Assembly (NCBI GenBank): GCA_951406725.2
Contig: OX597825.1
Location: forward strand, 76,322,001 to 76,386,000
Source of the DNA: Octopus vulgaris
Lineage: Eukaryota
Direction of reading: 5' to 3'
Length of the DNA: 64,000 bases
The notes beneath the pieces were generated by a model. It was given only the letters and a program-made list of their open reading frames with translations. It searched no databases and was not told where the DNA came from. Positions within the stretch are counted from its first letter, which is position 1. Every line of letters starts with the position of its first letter. Shown piece after piece: positions 27,225-40,850 of this stretch. Position numbers and translations under genes: made by a program.

Positions 27225-28352
27225 AAATGAGAAAATGGAGAAATATATCTAAATCAATCATCAACTGTCAGATAATACCGAATCATATACTTTATTAAAA
27301 TACTACACAATAGTAATGATATTATACATTAATATAGTACAATAATTACAATCAATATGGTGAAATATAACTAAATAAATATAACAATACATAAAAATAC
27401 ATTTACATTGTAGCTGACAGCTGTTTCGGCCATGAAGACAGGTATGTCTTATTTAACCTATTAGCCATATAATGCAGGTATAAATGAGACATTAACAAGA
27501 ATATCTTACGGCCTCTTCAGAGATTCTAATGCAAGTATGAGTACAAATCCTAAATAATTTACATATAAATATAAATATGAGTGCATACATACTCATATTC
27601 TTACATATATATATATATATACACAATAATACAATATAAACAATATAGATCAATATACATCAACAAACACAATAATGTTCCATATTGAACTCCACAGCTC
27701 CTCAACCAACATCAAGAAACCACAACAGACACACTCACACTAAATGCAGGCATATATATTAAACAGTTCAATATATTAAAATGTGTCACATCACAAAAAG
27801 CCAATAAAGTTAATACCACCACCATAGTACCATCCAAGGCAAGTGGATATCTGCATATATATGCAATCAGTTACATTCCTCTGTTTGCATGGTATTAATT
27901 TTCACAAATGCATTCGATTGGCCTATATTTTTAAATTTGAATTACAATAGATATTTTACGCTTAGTTAGCTAGGAAACATACACACGCGCACGCACATCC
28001 ACAAAACGTGCGCACATACAGACATAGTCATATGTTTACACCCACACACCCATACACATACACACATACACACAGACATACCCACATACACAACCAAAAC
28101 ATAAATAAATAAATAAATAACATAAGAGATACTATCCCAACTATACACTGTTTACAAACAGATCCACTCACATATGTCCATAAATCCATAAATGCAATCA
28201 TACATATAATTATATCTAGATGGAGAATGTAATTTGTCATAAGGTACATAGTTCATGTAACACCGTATTTTTCGTAAACAAAATATTTTAGAACTAAAAA
28301 TGGAGATATGTTATCCCATGGAGGGTTGAATTTACAACCCCTATCTCATTTT
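27222..28352 (-). mobile_element. (TA)n-flanked non-coding repeat with a hammerhead, probably a PLE terminal-repeat remnant
   Basis: Left end (acaaaatgagaaaatggag...) recurs at 63183; right end (gttatcccatggagggttgaatttacaaccc) recurs at ~39975 and ~63340; hammerhead at 27411-27525. Confidence 0.6.
27411..27525 (-). ncRNA. Type I hammerhead ribozyme with a long stem II insert
   Basis: Minus strand: cu CUGAAGA GGCC...GGCC GAAAC AGCU GUC ag; palindromic stem III ACAGCUGU; stem I weak. Confidence 0.65.
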
Positions 28353-28365
28353 ATATATATATATA

Positions 28366-30425
28366 TTGAGATTGGAGGACCCTTTCAAAGCTAGTTGACA
28401 GTACCTTAGTAGATAAAGCAATTAAGAGTATGAAGACAGGGAAAGCCCCCATCAGGAATCACTGCAGAAATACTCAAAATATCTGGCAGTATCAGCTACA
28501 GCCTAGTCACCCGTATAGTTAACCAGGTGATACACAAAAAAGTCATACCCAATGACTGGTGTAGCAGCACTATAGTCAACTGCTACAAAGGTAAAGGTGA
28601 TGCTTTAGATACAAATAATTACAGAGGTATCAAGTTGTTGGATCAGGTAATTAAGATCATGGAGGGGGGTCATAGCCTAACTAATTAGGGAGAGAGTCAG
28701 TTTGGATGCGATGCAGTTTGGGTTCGTGCCAGGGAAAAGCACCACTGATGCTATATTTCTGGTCAGACAGCTGCAGGAGAAATACCTAGCCAAAGATAAA
28801 CCTCTGTACCTGGCTTTTGTTGACATGGAAAAAGCTTTTGTCAGGGTCCCTCGATCCCTTATCTGGTGGTCAATGAGGAAACTAGGGATAGATGAATGGT
28901 TAATGAGAGCCGTGCAAGCCATGTACAGGGATGCTGTCAGTAAGGTGAGGGTTGGCAACGTGTACAGTGAAGAATTCCGGGTGGAGGTAGGGGTACACCA
29001 AGGCTCAGTCCTTAGCCCTCTCCTATTTATCATAGACCTCCAGGCAATAACAGAGGAATTCAAGACAGGATGACTCTGGGAGCTCCTCTATGCTGATGAC
29101 CTTGCTCTAATTGCTGAGTCACTATCAGAACTAGAGGAGAAGTTTCAGGTGTGGAAAGAAGGATTAGAATCGAAGGGCCTTAGAGTCAATCTAGCAAAAA
29201 CCAAAGTCTTAGTAGGAAAGCAAACAAATCACAAATCCCACCAGGTAAATGGCCTGCCTGATCTGTAGAAAAAGTACAGGTAGAAACTCCATAAGATGCA
29301 CCTGATGCAAGCTATGGACACATAAGAGGTAACACAATATCAAATAAAGGTTAAGTGGGAAGACAGTTTTTGTGTGTGGCAGATGCATAAGGGCAATGAA
29401 CACCAAAGATGTACAGAAAACAGATTCTATCACATGCCAGGGGGAAAAATAGAAGTAGTTGATAGCTTCCATTACTTAGGTGCCCAAGGTAGTAGCAGAG
29501 GTGGATGCTCTGAGAGCATAGATGCTAGAATAAGAATATGCTGGGAAAAGGTCAGAGAGCTCCTACTTCTGCTGGTAACAAAGGGCCTCTTGTAGACTAT
29601 ATGATGCATGTGTGCAAACAGCCATGCTACATGGCAGTGAAACATGGGCTGTGACCACTGAGGACATGCACAAGCTTGCAAGAATTGAAGCCAGTAAGCT
29701 CTTCTGGATGTGTAATGTCAGTGTGCATACATAACAAAGTGTAAGCGCCATGAGAGAAAAGTTAGACATAATAAGCATCAGATGTGGTGTGCAAGAGCAA
29801 CGACTGTGCTGATATGGTTATATGTTAATTATGGGTGGGGACAGCTATGTGAAGAAGTGTCACACCATAACAGTGGAGAGAACCTGTGGAAGAAGTAGAC
29901 TCAGAAAGACCTGGGATGAGGTTGTGCAACTCAACCATCAAACGTTGGGCCTTACAGAGGCAATGACATGTGACCAAGACCTTTGGAGATATGTTGTGCT
30001 TGAGAGGACCTGGCAAGCCAAGTGAGATTGTAGCCATGGCTGATGCCAGTGTCACATAACTAGTGAGCCCCTCTAAAAGTACCCTTCAATTGTTGGGCAA
30101 TATGCTGTGTTTGAGAAGACCTGTTGAGTCAAGTGAAATCATAGCTGTGGCCAATGCCAGTGCTGCCTGAGTGGCACCCATGCTGGTGGCACGTAAAAAA
30201 CATCAATCGAGCGTGGTCGATACTAGTGCCACCTGACTGGCTCCCATGCTAGTGACATGTAAGAAGCACCCACTACACTCTTTGGTACTAGGGAGGGCAT
30301 CCGACTGTAGAAACCTTTCCAGATCAGATTGGAGCCTGATGGAGCCTCCTAGGTTACCAGTCCTAAGTCAAACCATCCAACCCATGCCAACATGGAAAAC
30401 AAACATTAAACGATGATGATGATGG
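28366..30425 (+). mobile_element. 5'-truncated, older RTE LINE
   Basis: ORF 28702-29073 (QFGFVPGKSTTDAIF...VHQGSVLSPLLF), many stops downstream, RTE 3' UTR and (GAT)n tail. Confidence 0.95.
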
Positions 30426-30849
30426 TGACATATGTATGTATATACATATATATATATATATACACATATTATATATATATATGCATTATATATATATATA
30501 TATATATATTTACATTATATTCAGTTAGTGGTAAAATTAGCCTCATTAAGGGATAGTAATATCAAATGAATTACTCACTCATTGCCTAATATTTGTGAAT
30601 AATAATATTCACAAAATGATAGGTCTAAATATAAATCATGGTTTATAGTCATTCAAAAGAAAATTACGAAAATGGAGATATAACATTTAATAAAATTGAA
30701 AATTTATTATCTGCGAAAATCCAACATACACTCTAACAACCATTTCAATTAAGCCTAAAGATCAAAATAGCATTTATTAAATCATTATATTAGGCAAAAT
30801 CTCATCAGAGAGATATAAAAGATATACTGTTAGGTTATTAGGTGTTGTG

Positions 30850-33800
30850 TTTTCGAATCATTACAGCTGCAATGTCAATAGATTTCAAAGTCTTACCTTG
30901 AGTTTTATTAATAGACATTGCGAAGCAAAGTTGCACTGGGAAATGTGTTCATTTGAACTGAAATGGCATGTCTGTTGCTTTGATTGCAATTCTTGGAATG
31001 TAAACCTCTTCCCCAGAGGCACATCCGGTGATGATGGTAACTTCTATTACATTAGGTGATAATGTCTTCACAATCAACCTTGTCCCATCACATAATTTAG
31101 GAGGATCTAAATTTCTTAGAAGCACTATTAGGACTCCTACCCTCAGAAGAAGTTTATGTGGAGGACTTTCAGGTGGTTCAAGAGCACTAAAGAACTCTAT
31201 TGGATAATGGACAGCTTGATTTTCATCAAGGACTGAATCAACTGATTTTTACTCCTTAATGACTGTTGGTTAATCCTTGCAACTGTTTCATTTTTGGAGC
31301 AAAAATCGTCCTTTCACATAAACTTTTATGTGAATTATAATTATTACTCAAGTCTGAAAATACCCTGTTCTTCAATTCAGCTGGAGAATTCATCATGATA
31401 ACAATATGAGCCAAATTAATATCACCATTCCCATCAAATTGTACTTTCTCACTTTCTAATTGGAAGAGCCAAATTAAAAACTGTTCTGCACATTGGTCCT
31501 CATGTAATAAACTTCACATGTTAGTATTGAAGGAGAATTTCTGTACTTTATTCCATAGGTGTGAAGACTTAATGCTTCTTTAATTTCATCAGATCTTGTT
31601 CCTCTCAGAATGACTGATAATGTCTGCCTGAAGTCACCTGATAAAACTAATGTAACTCCTCCTATAGATATATTGTTGCCTCTTATGTCCTGTAAGGTCT
31701 TATCAAGAGCTTCCATTGCACCTCTATGTGACATGGTGCATTCATCCCAGATGATCAGGTGGCATTGGCACAACACTTCTGCTGAACCTGAACCTTTGCT
31801 TATGTTACAAATTGGACTCTCATTTCCGACAAGATTTAGCAACAATTTAAAAGCAGAATGAGCTGTTTATCCTCTTGGGAGAAGGGTGGCAGCAATGCCA
31901 GGTAATGCTACAGCAAGTGAAAATCTTTTTTCTTGCGTTATCTTGGAGAAAAGCAATGTTGCTACAAATGTTTTACCTGTGCCACCAGGAGCATCTGATT
32001 GACAAAATAATTTTATCATATGCACAGTATTGTTCTGGAAGATGTTCATGTTCATTCACAAATGCAGCCAACTGTGTGATGTCATGTCTCTCTTGCTATG
32101 TCTTTTAAAGTTAAATCACAAATTTGACAGTTTGTTTTTGGCAGTCCAGAGCCAGACTCTTGTAAATCTTTGCACCCCCATGGCCAAAACATCAATTCAA
32201 TTAATGCTTGGGGAACAATTATTTCAGAGAACTGAATATTGATATCTGGGTTTGCCAGTTGAACTGCCAACTTTAAGACCTCAGCCATGTCCATTACAGG
32301 GTTTCCTTGGAGAATCTGATACTGATGCTTCAGTCAATGCAAGGTCCCAATGCTCATCGTTTTCTAAAAAACCTTGTTGATAGCATGCTTCCCTATAAGT
32401 TTAACACACATGACCATTTACCCTCCTCAAATCTTGGAATGATTTGGGATCACGTACTTCATGCAAAAGGAACTGTTAGTAATAGCATTCTGCTTGGCTT
32501 GGGTAGACACTGTAAACTCTTGGCAGAATGTCAGCCCCATGTGCCATTTACTGTTTCTCCAGATGTAATACTTGGGTAACTCTGAGTAGAGGAATTGTCT
32601 TGCATCTTCATCTACTTGACAGAACTTTAAGAAAGCAGTAAGGGTAGTTTCTTTTGAAGAAAGTGCTTGTTGCAAGGCTGTTTGTTTTGTAAAAATAATC
32701 CTTTGGCCATTCTCTAGATGGACACTCAGATGAATGATGGCTGGGTGCCTCTCATGAATGAGAAAATTGAAGATGCACCAAAAAGCCTCATTGCTACTGA
32801 TGTATTTTCCTTTGTCATACTGTGCATCCTCATCAGTTTTATTTGTCTGCTGACTGCCATTCTGCATAAAAGTGTATGTTGCAGCAACTAAACCTTTGTT
32901 TATATATTTGCAAACATACTTAATAGACTTAACAGAGTTGCAGAATCCAACTTTGATATGGGCTTTGAAAGTTTTTGTAAGAAGAGAACAGTAGGGTACA
33001 ACCCACTGATTGTCAATGATGAATTCTTGCCCATTTCTCATTCTTTTTCCAAGTAAATCCACCATGCCCAGGTTTTCTTTTTATGTAAAGTGGGTAGCAA
33101 CCTTCTCCAGTTTGGGTTTCTTGTACAGAGGGACATGGGTAGTTCTTGGTACACTTATTATACCTCATGCATGGGAAAGATGGATTAACTGAACCACATG
33201 GCCCATGGATCATATGGGACTTGACAATTTTATGAAGCAAAGGATCTTGCTGTGGATCAGGCAGTTCAGCTGAGAAAAATAAATCAATATCATTTGGTCA
33301 AAGTTTTTCATGTAACCAAATCAAAATGCAGGTATGTGGAAATCCTTGTTTGTGTCATTCAAATTGTGTACATGTCACATTTGACTGTTCCAAAGACTTT
33401 GCCTTTTTTTAGGAGATCCAACAGCTTTATGACTTTAAGTCTGAACAGCCTAGCTATAATATCATGCGATATTTGGCTTCTTGATGATAAAGCTTACTCT
33501 TTATTTCATGCCATGTAGGGTCACATGTGATTGTAATGAAGAGATCTGGACAATCATAGTGTCTGACATATGTAAGTGCATCTTGGGTACACTCATGCAT
33601 ATACCATGGACTTGCTGTAAAGCTTGATGGAACAATGGCACAAAGCTGTCCAATGTTTTCAGCAGTCAATGCTCCTTCATTACTGATTGCATCTCTCAGG
33701 TGAATGTAATCTGATGCACGGAGATCTTTCTGATGTGTTTTAATGTAAAAAAGCCTTTTCCCTTCAATTTTTGCATACATATCAACTGCAAATTGCTGGA

Positions 33801-34640
33801 AGAGCTCACGTGAACAATGAAGAATATTGCTCTCTTAATATGAATAGGTAAGCATAGAATTCCATGCAGCTTACTACTTTCATCAGTGCAGGATCTCTTG
33901 TTTTAAGATCTGTTTTTTTTCCTTATTCCAAAAGTGATATCCATCTTGGTCAAATACACAGATTAATGGATACTGTTGTTGTGAAGGGGTCTCTAGTGAC
34001 CTTACTCTGGCTACAGGTACTTGTCTTTGCTTCACTGTAAAATACTGATCATCTACATTTACCCCGTCTCCTCTTGTAGAGAGTAAGAAAATTTTTCTCG
34101 GAAACTTTTTTGAAAATTAAAATGGGGATTAAATGAAAAAATGAGAGAAAGTTATGCGAATATCTTCATAAGAGTGATTGAAATAAATGGTGATTGTGGC
34201 ACACTGCACAAATGCATACACACACACGCATGCACGCATGCACATACAGTGTCAAACATCAACGTTTCTTTCTCTCTTGCTTTCCCCCTTTCTTTGTGCT
34301 GGCTCACTTTCACCTTCACCTATAGAACATGCATACAGTATCAAACATCAGCATCTCTCCTCTCCCTCTCCTGCCATGTCTCTCTCTCTATAGAAACTTG
34401 CTTTCTCTCTGTTTTTTCTCTCTTTTCTCTACCTTTCTCTCATTCTGCATTTCTTTCACAAATAATTTCTCTGTAATAGTTCATCTCTTTTAGTCTATGT
34501 CTGTTTCTGTCTGTATGTCTCTTTTTAACTCACTCATACACTTACACTATCTACATTTCTCCCTCTATTGAAAAATGTGATGAATGAGATGGGGGAGGAG
34601 AAGTAAAGAGCCAGAAGTAAAGAGCACAGACATCTGCTAA
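30850..34640 (-). mobile_element. Decayed Helitron (Rep/PIF1-like helicase), copy A
   Basis: Rep motifs PDLFITITCDPTW, HGPCG, DNQWVVPY, KYVCKYINKG, VHLENGQRI; helicase motifs DAPGGTGKTF, LIIWDECTMSH, LVLSGDFRQTL; fragmented by stops and frameshifts. Confidence 0.92.
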
Positions 34641-34661
34641 TATATATATATATATATATAT

Positions 34662-37570
34662 GGTATTGGCACCAGAAATGATGAGGGAACTAGACTGCTG
34701 GAATTCTGTGATGCATGTAACCTTTCAATCTGCAACACTAACTTCAAGAAGCCAGTCTGCCACCTTATAACTTATCAGTCAGGAGACTCCGCTAGCCAAA
34801 TAGACTTCATCCTCACCAGACAACGGGATGCAGGGTTGCTCTTGAATACAAAGACCCTCCCGGGTGAAGAATGTATCCCTCAGCATAGACTAATCATCAG
34901 TGACTTTAAGCTTGAGGCCAGAAGGACTCCAAGAAACAAACCAATCCAGAAAAGAAGGATTTGGAGGCTAAAGAACCCTTCGCATGGTCAGAAATTTAGG
35001 GACATACTCATCAAGAAATTTGATGAGAGGGAGGAGGAGCTTCAGACGTCAGACATAGAAGGTAGCTGGGAATTCCTACGGGATAGCTTGCTGAGTGCCA
35101 CAGACCAAGTCTGTGGATGGTGCAAAGTCCCTTCCAGACCTAGAATTACGTGGTGGTGGAATAGTGCAGTAGATAAAGCCATCTGTGAAAAGAGACGGGC
35201 CTGGAAAGCCTGGAAGGATGGGGGCAGCAGGGAACTGTACCAGATAGCCAAAAGGGAGGCTGGGCGGCAGGTATACATTGCCAAAGATGTAGCAGAAAAG
35301 AAGAAGTTTGCCAATGTCCAGCGTCGCGAGGATCAAAGAGCTGAAGTATTTCGGATTGCCAGACAGTGTGTCAGAGAAAATAGCGATGTTATAGGAGAGA
35401 AATGTGTCCGCATGGATGATGGGGCACTTGCTTTTACTACTAGTGAAAAGAAAGAAGCCATTATGAAAGACTGCTGAATGAGGAGAATGAATGGGAGGAG
35501 GAGAGGCTGCCAAATGTTGACCCAGTAGAGGGACCAGCTACCCGAATAGACAGCTCCCTTGTAGATAAGGCAATTAAGGATATGAAACCAGGCAAAGCCC
35601 CTGGCCTATCAGGAATCACTGCTGAGATGCTTAAAACAGCTGGCTATGTGGGCTATGACATAGTCACCCGCATTGTAAACCAGGTAGTTCACAATGGAGT
35701 CATACCCAATGACTGGTGCAGCAGCACCATAGTCAACTGCTACAAGGGTAAGGGTGATGCTCTAGATAGAAATAACTACAGAGGTATCAAACTGTTGGAC
35801 CAGGTGATGAAGGTCTCAGAGAAGGTCATAACCAATCTCATTAGGGAGAGAATTTGTTTAGATGAAATGCAGTTCGGTTTTGTACCAGGTAGAAGCACCA
35901 CTGATGCTATATTCCTGGTCCGACAACTGCAGGAGAAGTACCTAGCTAAAGATAAACCCCTCTACATAGCTTTTGTAGACTTGGAGAAAGCCTTTGACAG
36001 GGTTCCCCGTTCCCTTATCTGGTGGTCGATGCGGAAACTGGAGATTGAAGAATGGCTAATAAGGGCTGTACAGGCTCTATACAGAGAGGCTGTCAGCAAG
36101 GTTAGGATTGGCAACGAATATAGTGAAGAATTCCGGGTAGAAGTAGGTGTGCACCAGGGCTCAGCCCTCAGTCCCCTTTTATTCATCATAGTCCTTCAGG
36201 CAATAACAGAGGAATTCAAAACGGGATGCCCCTGGGAGCTCCTCTATGCCGATGACCTAGCCCTCATAGCAGAATCACTACCGGAACTAGAAGAGAAATT
36301 TCGGGTGTGGAAGCAAGGGTTGGAATCAAAGGGCCTAAGAATAAATGTAGCAAAGACCAAAGTATTAGTAAGCAGCAAGAGGTACTCAACACACACCCCC
36401 TAGGGTAGGTGGCCCTGCTCAACCTGTAGGAAAGGTACAGGTAGAAACTCCATAAGATGCACCCAATGTAAGTTATGGACACATAAGAGGTGCAGCAACA
36501 TTAAAGGGAAATTAACAGATAAGATAGCTTTCATGTGCGGCAGATGCACAGGGACAATAGACACAACAGACACTCAGAAAACAGATTCCATCACACTCCA
36601 GGGAGAGAAACTAGAAGTAGTTGATAGTTTCCGCTACCTGGGTGACCAAGTTAGTAGCGGAGGTGGATGCACAGAGAGTATCACCACTAGAATACGAATA
36701 GCCTGGGCAAAGTTCAGAAAGCTCCTACCCCTACTGGCAACAAAAGGTCTCTTCCTCAGAGCAAAAGGTAGATTGTATGATGCATGTGTGCGAACTGCCA
36801 TGCTTCACGGTAATGAAACATGGGCTGTGACTGCAGAAGACATGCGTAGACTTGAAAGAAATGAAGCTAGCATGATCCGCTGGATGTGTAGTGTCAGTGT
36901 GCACGCAAGACAGAGTGTAAGTATCCTGAGAGAAATGCTGGATATAAGAAGCATCAGATGTGGTGTGCAAGAGCGACGCTTGCGATGGTATGGTCATGTG
37001 CTGCGGATGGATGAAGAGAGATGTGTGAAGAAGTGCCACTCCCAAACAGTTGAAGGTATCAGGGGGAGAGGTAGACCCAGGAAGACATGGGATGAGGTAG
37101 TCAAGCATGACCTCAGAGCATTGGGCCTCACTGAGGCAATGGCGAAGGACCGAGGTCTCTGGAGATATGCTGTGACTACAAAGACCCGGGCTGCTTTCTG
37201 CAGCAATTCCACATACCCCCTACCCATTCTAAGTACCCCGGATCCCCAAAGTACCCTGGATCCCCAAAGTACCCCGATCCCCAAAGTACCCCGGACCTCG
37301 TTGCCCCCGTGCCGCTGACACGTTAAAAGCTCGAACCGATCGTGACCGATACCGGACCCTCCGGCCCCTGTGCAGGTGGCACGTAAAAAGCACCCAATCC
37401 ACTCACGGAGTGGTTGGCGTTAGGAAGGGCATCCAGCCGTAGAAACTCTGCCAGATTCAGACTGGAGCCTGGAGCGGCCCCTGGCTTCCCAGACCCGGTC
37501 GAACCGTCCAACCCGTGCTAGCGCGGAAAGCGGACGTTAAACGATGATGATGATGATGATGATGATGATG
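34662..37570 (+). mobile_element. 5'-truncated RTE LINE, relatively young; absent from copy B of the duplicated block
   Basis: ORFs 34836-35477, 35582-36403 (complete RT core) and 36533-37318; (GAT)n tail; begins in the (TA)n at the Helitron end. Confidence 0.95.
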
Positions 37571-37574
37571 ATAT

Positions 37575-39052
37575 AAATATAAAAATAAAAACTTTATAAT
37601 TGCATTCTCTAACACTAGAAATCTTTCACAAATTATCGCTTCCCATAATAACAAGCTGCTAAACAGAGATCCTTCACCCGGAAGATCCAACACTATTTTT
37701 ATCGATTCCAACCAAACATACAATAATATTAATAGAAATAGTATTGATAGTAGCAACATTCGTAGCAACGTTTTGTGTAGGCAATGATAGTATCAATAAT
37801 AGCACTAGTCGGGCTGATAACAATGATAGTGTTGATGGTATCAACAACAACATTTCTATTGCCAGGAATATTGCCGGTTGTAATGCAATTAATATTAATA
37901 ATAATAATGATGATAATAATAGAAATAATGTACGGGTTAAGATTAACAGTAATATAAACAGCAATCATATCATTAATAATTCAGTCTCAATCTCCGAAGG
38001 AAACCCTAATAGATTAAGGTTCTTGTCCAGTAACTCCAAAATTAAGAATACAATTTACCAATGTAGAATTTCTACCGGTACCGATGTCTTCTTTTATATT
38101 GGGGCAACAACTTCCAAATTATCAGAGAGAATTTCAAATCATTATTCAACGTTCCGAGATAAGAGAAAACAACAGAGCACAGGACTAAGTAAATTAGTTT
38201 GGCATCTTAAGGACAATAATATAACTTTTAAGCTGGATTGGTCCATATTGTCTGTATCTTTTCCTTTTGATAAGGGCAGGAAATTTTGCGGAATTTGTAT
38301 TTCCGAGCTCTACCATATAATTTTCGCCAAGTTCCAATTAGTTAACACATTAACAGAAAAATTCTATAAGTGTATGCACTGGCAAAAACACACTTTTCAT
38401 TCATATAAATGATAATTAATATTGATAACTTTTCTGTTTTAGTATTTAATTTCACGTCCCTTTTATGTCTAATCCGTTACATAAAACAATGATACTATAT
38501 GTCACTGGCGTATGTTCATCCCTTCCTTTCCCTCTCTCTTTCTACTTATCTGTCTCTGTCATACGCTCAATCAAACACACAGACACAAATTTCTCGCTTT
38601 ACTGCTATATTTATCTGACAACCGGCCCCTACCTATACATGTTTACACACATATACATACATAGACATAAATGCAGTTATATACACACACTCATACACAC
38701 ACATAAGCAATAAAACTTATTAGCCAGAGCAAACACCCCCGCATCCATATTCATACAGCATGCATACTGTCCCCTTCTTATTTTCATAAATTCCTCTTCC
38801 AAACATTTTTGATGTCATTGCTTTTAACGGATTTTTAAAATCACTCATTATCACTGTGGTCAATATGTAGCAAGCCATAGAAAAGTTTTTGTCCGTATCG
38901 AGGCTGATTGATTTTCCTTGACTTTCCTGATGAGAAGACGGCATAATGCACCTTATTCTTTCAGAATTAAGAATATGCAGTCTTCGAAACATGTGTTGAA
39001 ATTAAAGGAATTGTGTTAAAATCCTCGTTCGACTCCATTCTTTTATTCATTT

Positions 39053-39057
<5 letters not shown>
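37575..39057 (+). mobile_element. Penelope-like element 3' part (GIY-YIG with Asn-rich linker) and terminal repeat; absent from copy B
   Basis: IAFSNTRNLSQIIASHN; ORF 37744-38412 with IYQC...FYIGATT...RISNH...TGLSKLVW.LK...CGICISE...KCMH; 3' hammerhead; ends in (TA)n. Confidence 0.88.
38923..39001 (+). ncRNA. Type I hammerhead ribozyme
   Basis: uuuc CUGAUGA GAAGAC...GUCUUC GAAAC AUGU GUU gaaa: intact core, 6-bp stem II base, stem I uuuc/gaaa, short palindromic stem III. Confidence 0.85.
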
Positions 39058-39100
<43 letters not shown>

Positions 39101-39510
39101 TTTATTCTCTTTAAAATACTGTCCAATACATGTTTCTACAGCATAGATATCCTATGATGTAATATCCAGGTGCATCCTCTGGTTTCAGTTGCATTATGAT
39201 TTCATCCAAGATAAATATACCCAAACAGCTTTATCCAAGATGTTATTATTATGAAATTTTGAAGTAAACCGATGTATAAGAAATTGTGATAATCATATTC
39301 TATGCATATTTTGGGTGGCCATGTGCATTTAGCAGAGGTAGTTGAGAAATTTGATATAGCTATAAAGTCTGTTACCATTAACTCTAGACTGACATTCATG
39401 TCCGACAATTTTAAAGAGAATAACTTGTACATATGACTTTAATAAACAATTTTCTAGATGTTACGATTATCCATCCTTATTTTATCACCTATATATATAA
39501 ATATACATAC

Positions 39511-39557
<47 letters not shown>

Positions 39558-39827
39558 CATATTTGTTGTTGAAAATAGCCCTAAATTTGAAAAACTTGTA
39601 ATTGGTTTCAAATATATATATTTACATATATACCAAACTAGTTTAAACAATATGTTTTGTTTATCAATGGTAAAAAATTTTAATTATGAATTGCAAAAAC
39701 ATTTTCAAAAGTTTCAATGTTTACGAGTTTAAATGTTCATAATACTCAGTAAAATGAAAAAGTGTTTATCACATTGTTTAAATTCATAAAATTCAATAGA
39801 GTTAGTAATGATCGATAAGTAACGAAT

Positions 39828-39902
<75 letters not shown>

Positions 39903-40015
39903 ATTGCAGCGCAATCCTTAACATTTATGTATTAACTTTGTTGGGTACTTCACTAGCAGTATATTGGATATATGTTATCCTATGGAGGGTTGCATTTACA
40001 ACCCCTATCTCAATT

Positions 40016-40060
<45 letters not shown>

Positions 40061-40119
40061 ACACACACATACACACAAACACACACACACACACATACAT
40101 ACATACATACATACATACA

Positions 40120-40155
<36 letters not shown>

Positions 40156-40569
40156 TATATATACATATCGTCTATATACAAATATCAAAATGCGAAGTAG
40201 ACAAACCAGGAACAACTGAAGAAGGGGAATATTCCTTGTGTTGTATGTCTTGTACTCTGTTCGTTTCTTGTTTGAAAAATAGTTCGTTTCCATGTGTTTG
40301 TTTTTATGTTTTCATTTCTCATTGTGTTCAAAGCTTTTTTGATATCCTGTACCCATATATGCATGTATATATATATATAGATGTAGGTATGTACATATAT
40401 GTATGTATATATGCATATATTTATATATTATTTTATTATTATGTGATCGAATGGCACACATCCTTTTCCATGTAAGTACATATGTATATACATATATATA
40501 TACACACATGCACGCACACACATATATTTATATATACATATACATACATATATATATACACGTATATAC

Positions 40570-40610
<41 letters not shown>

Positions 40611-40634
40611 TGCATACATATATATATATATATG

Positions 40635-40683
<49 letters not shown>

Positions 40684-40694
40684 GCATACATACA

Positions 40695-40725
<31 letters not shown>

Positions 40726-40804
40726 GTATACATGCATATATTTATATATTATTTATATTATTATGTGATCGAATGCCATGCATCCTTTTCCAAGTAAGTT
40801 TTAT

Positions 40805-40843
<39 letters not shown>

Positions 40844-40850
40844 TTACATA

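Noticed and set aside
37231-37297. About four tandem ~18-bp units (ccccaaagtacccyggat)
   Set aside because: Adjacent units without spacers at the RTE ORF end; a minisatellite, not a CRISPR array
39202-39432. 76-aa minus-strand ORF as a possible extra host exon
   Set aside because: Copy B (54300-54545) has frame-breaking indels and I found no convincing splice sites
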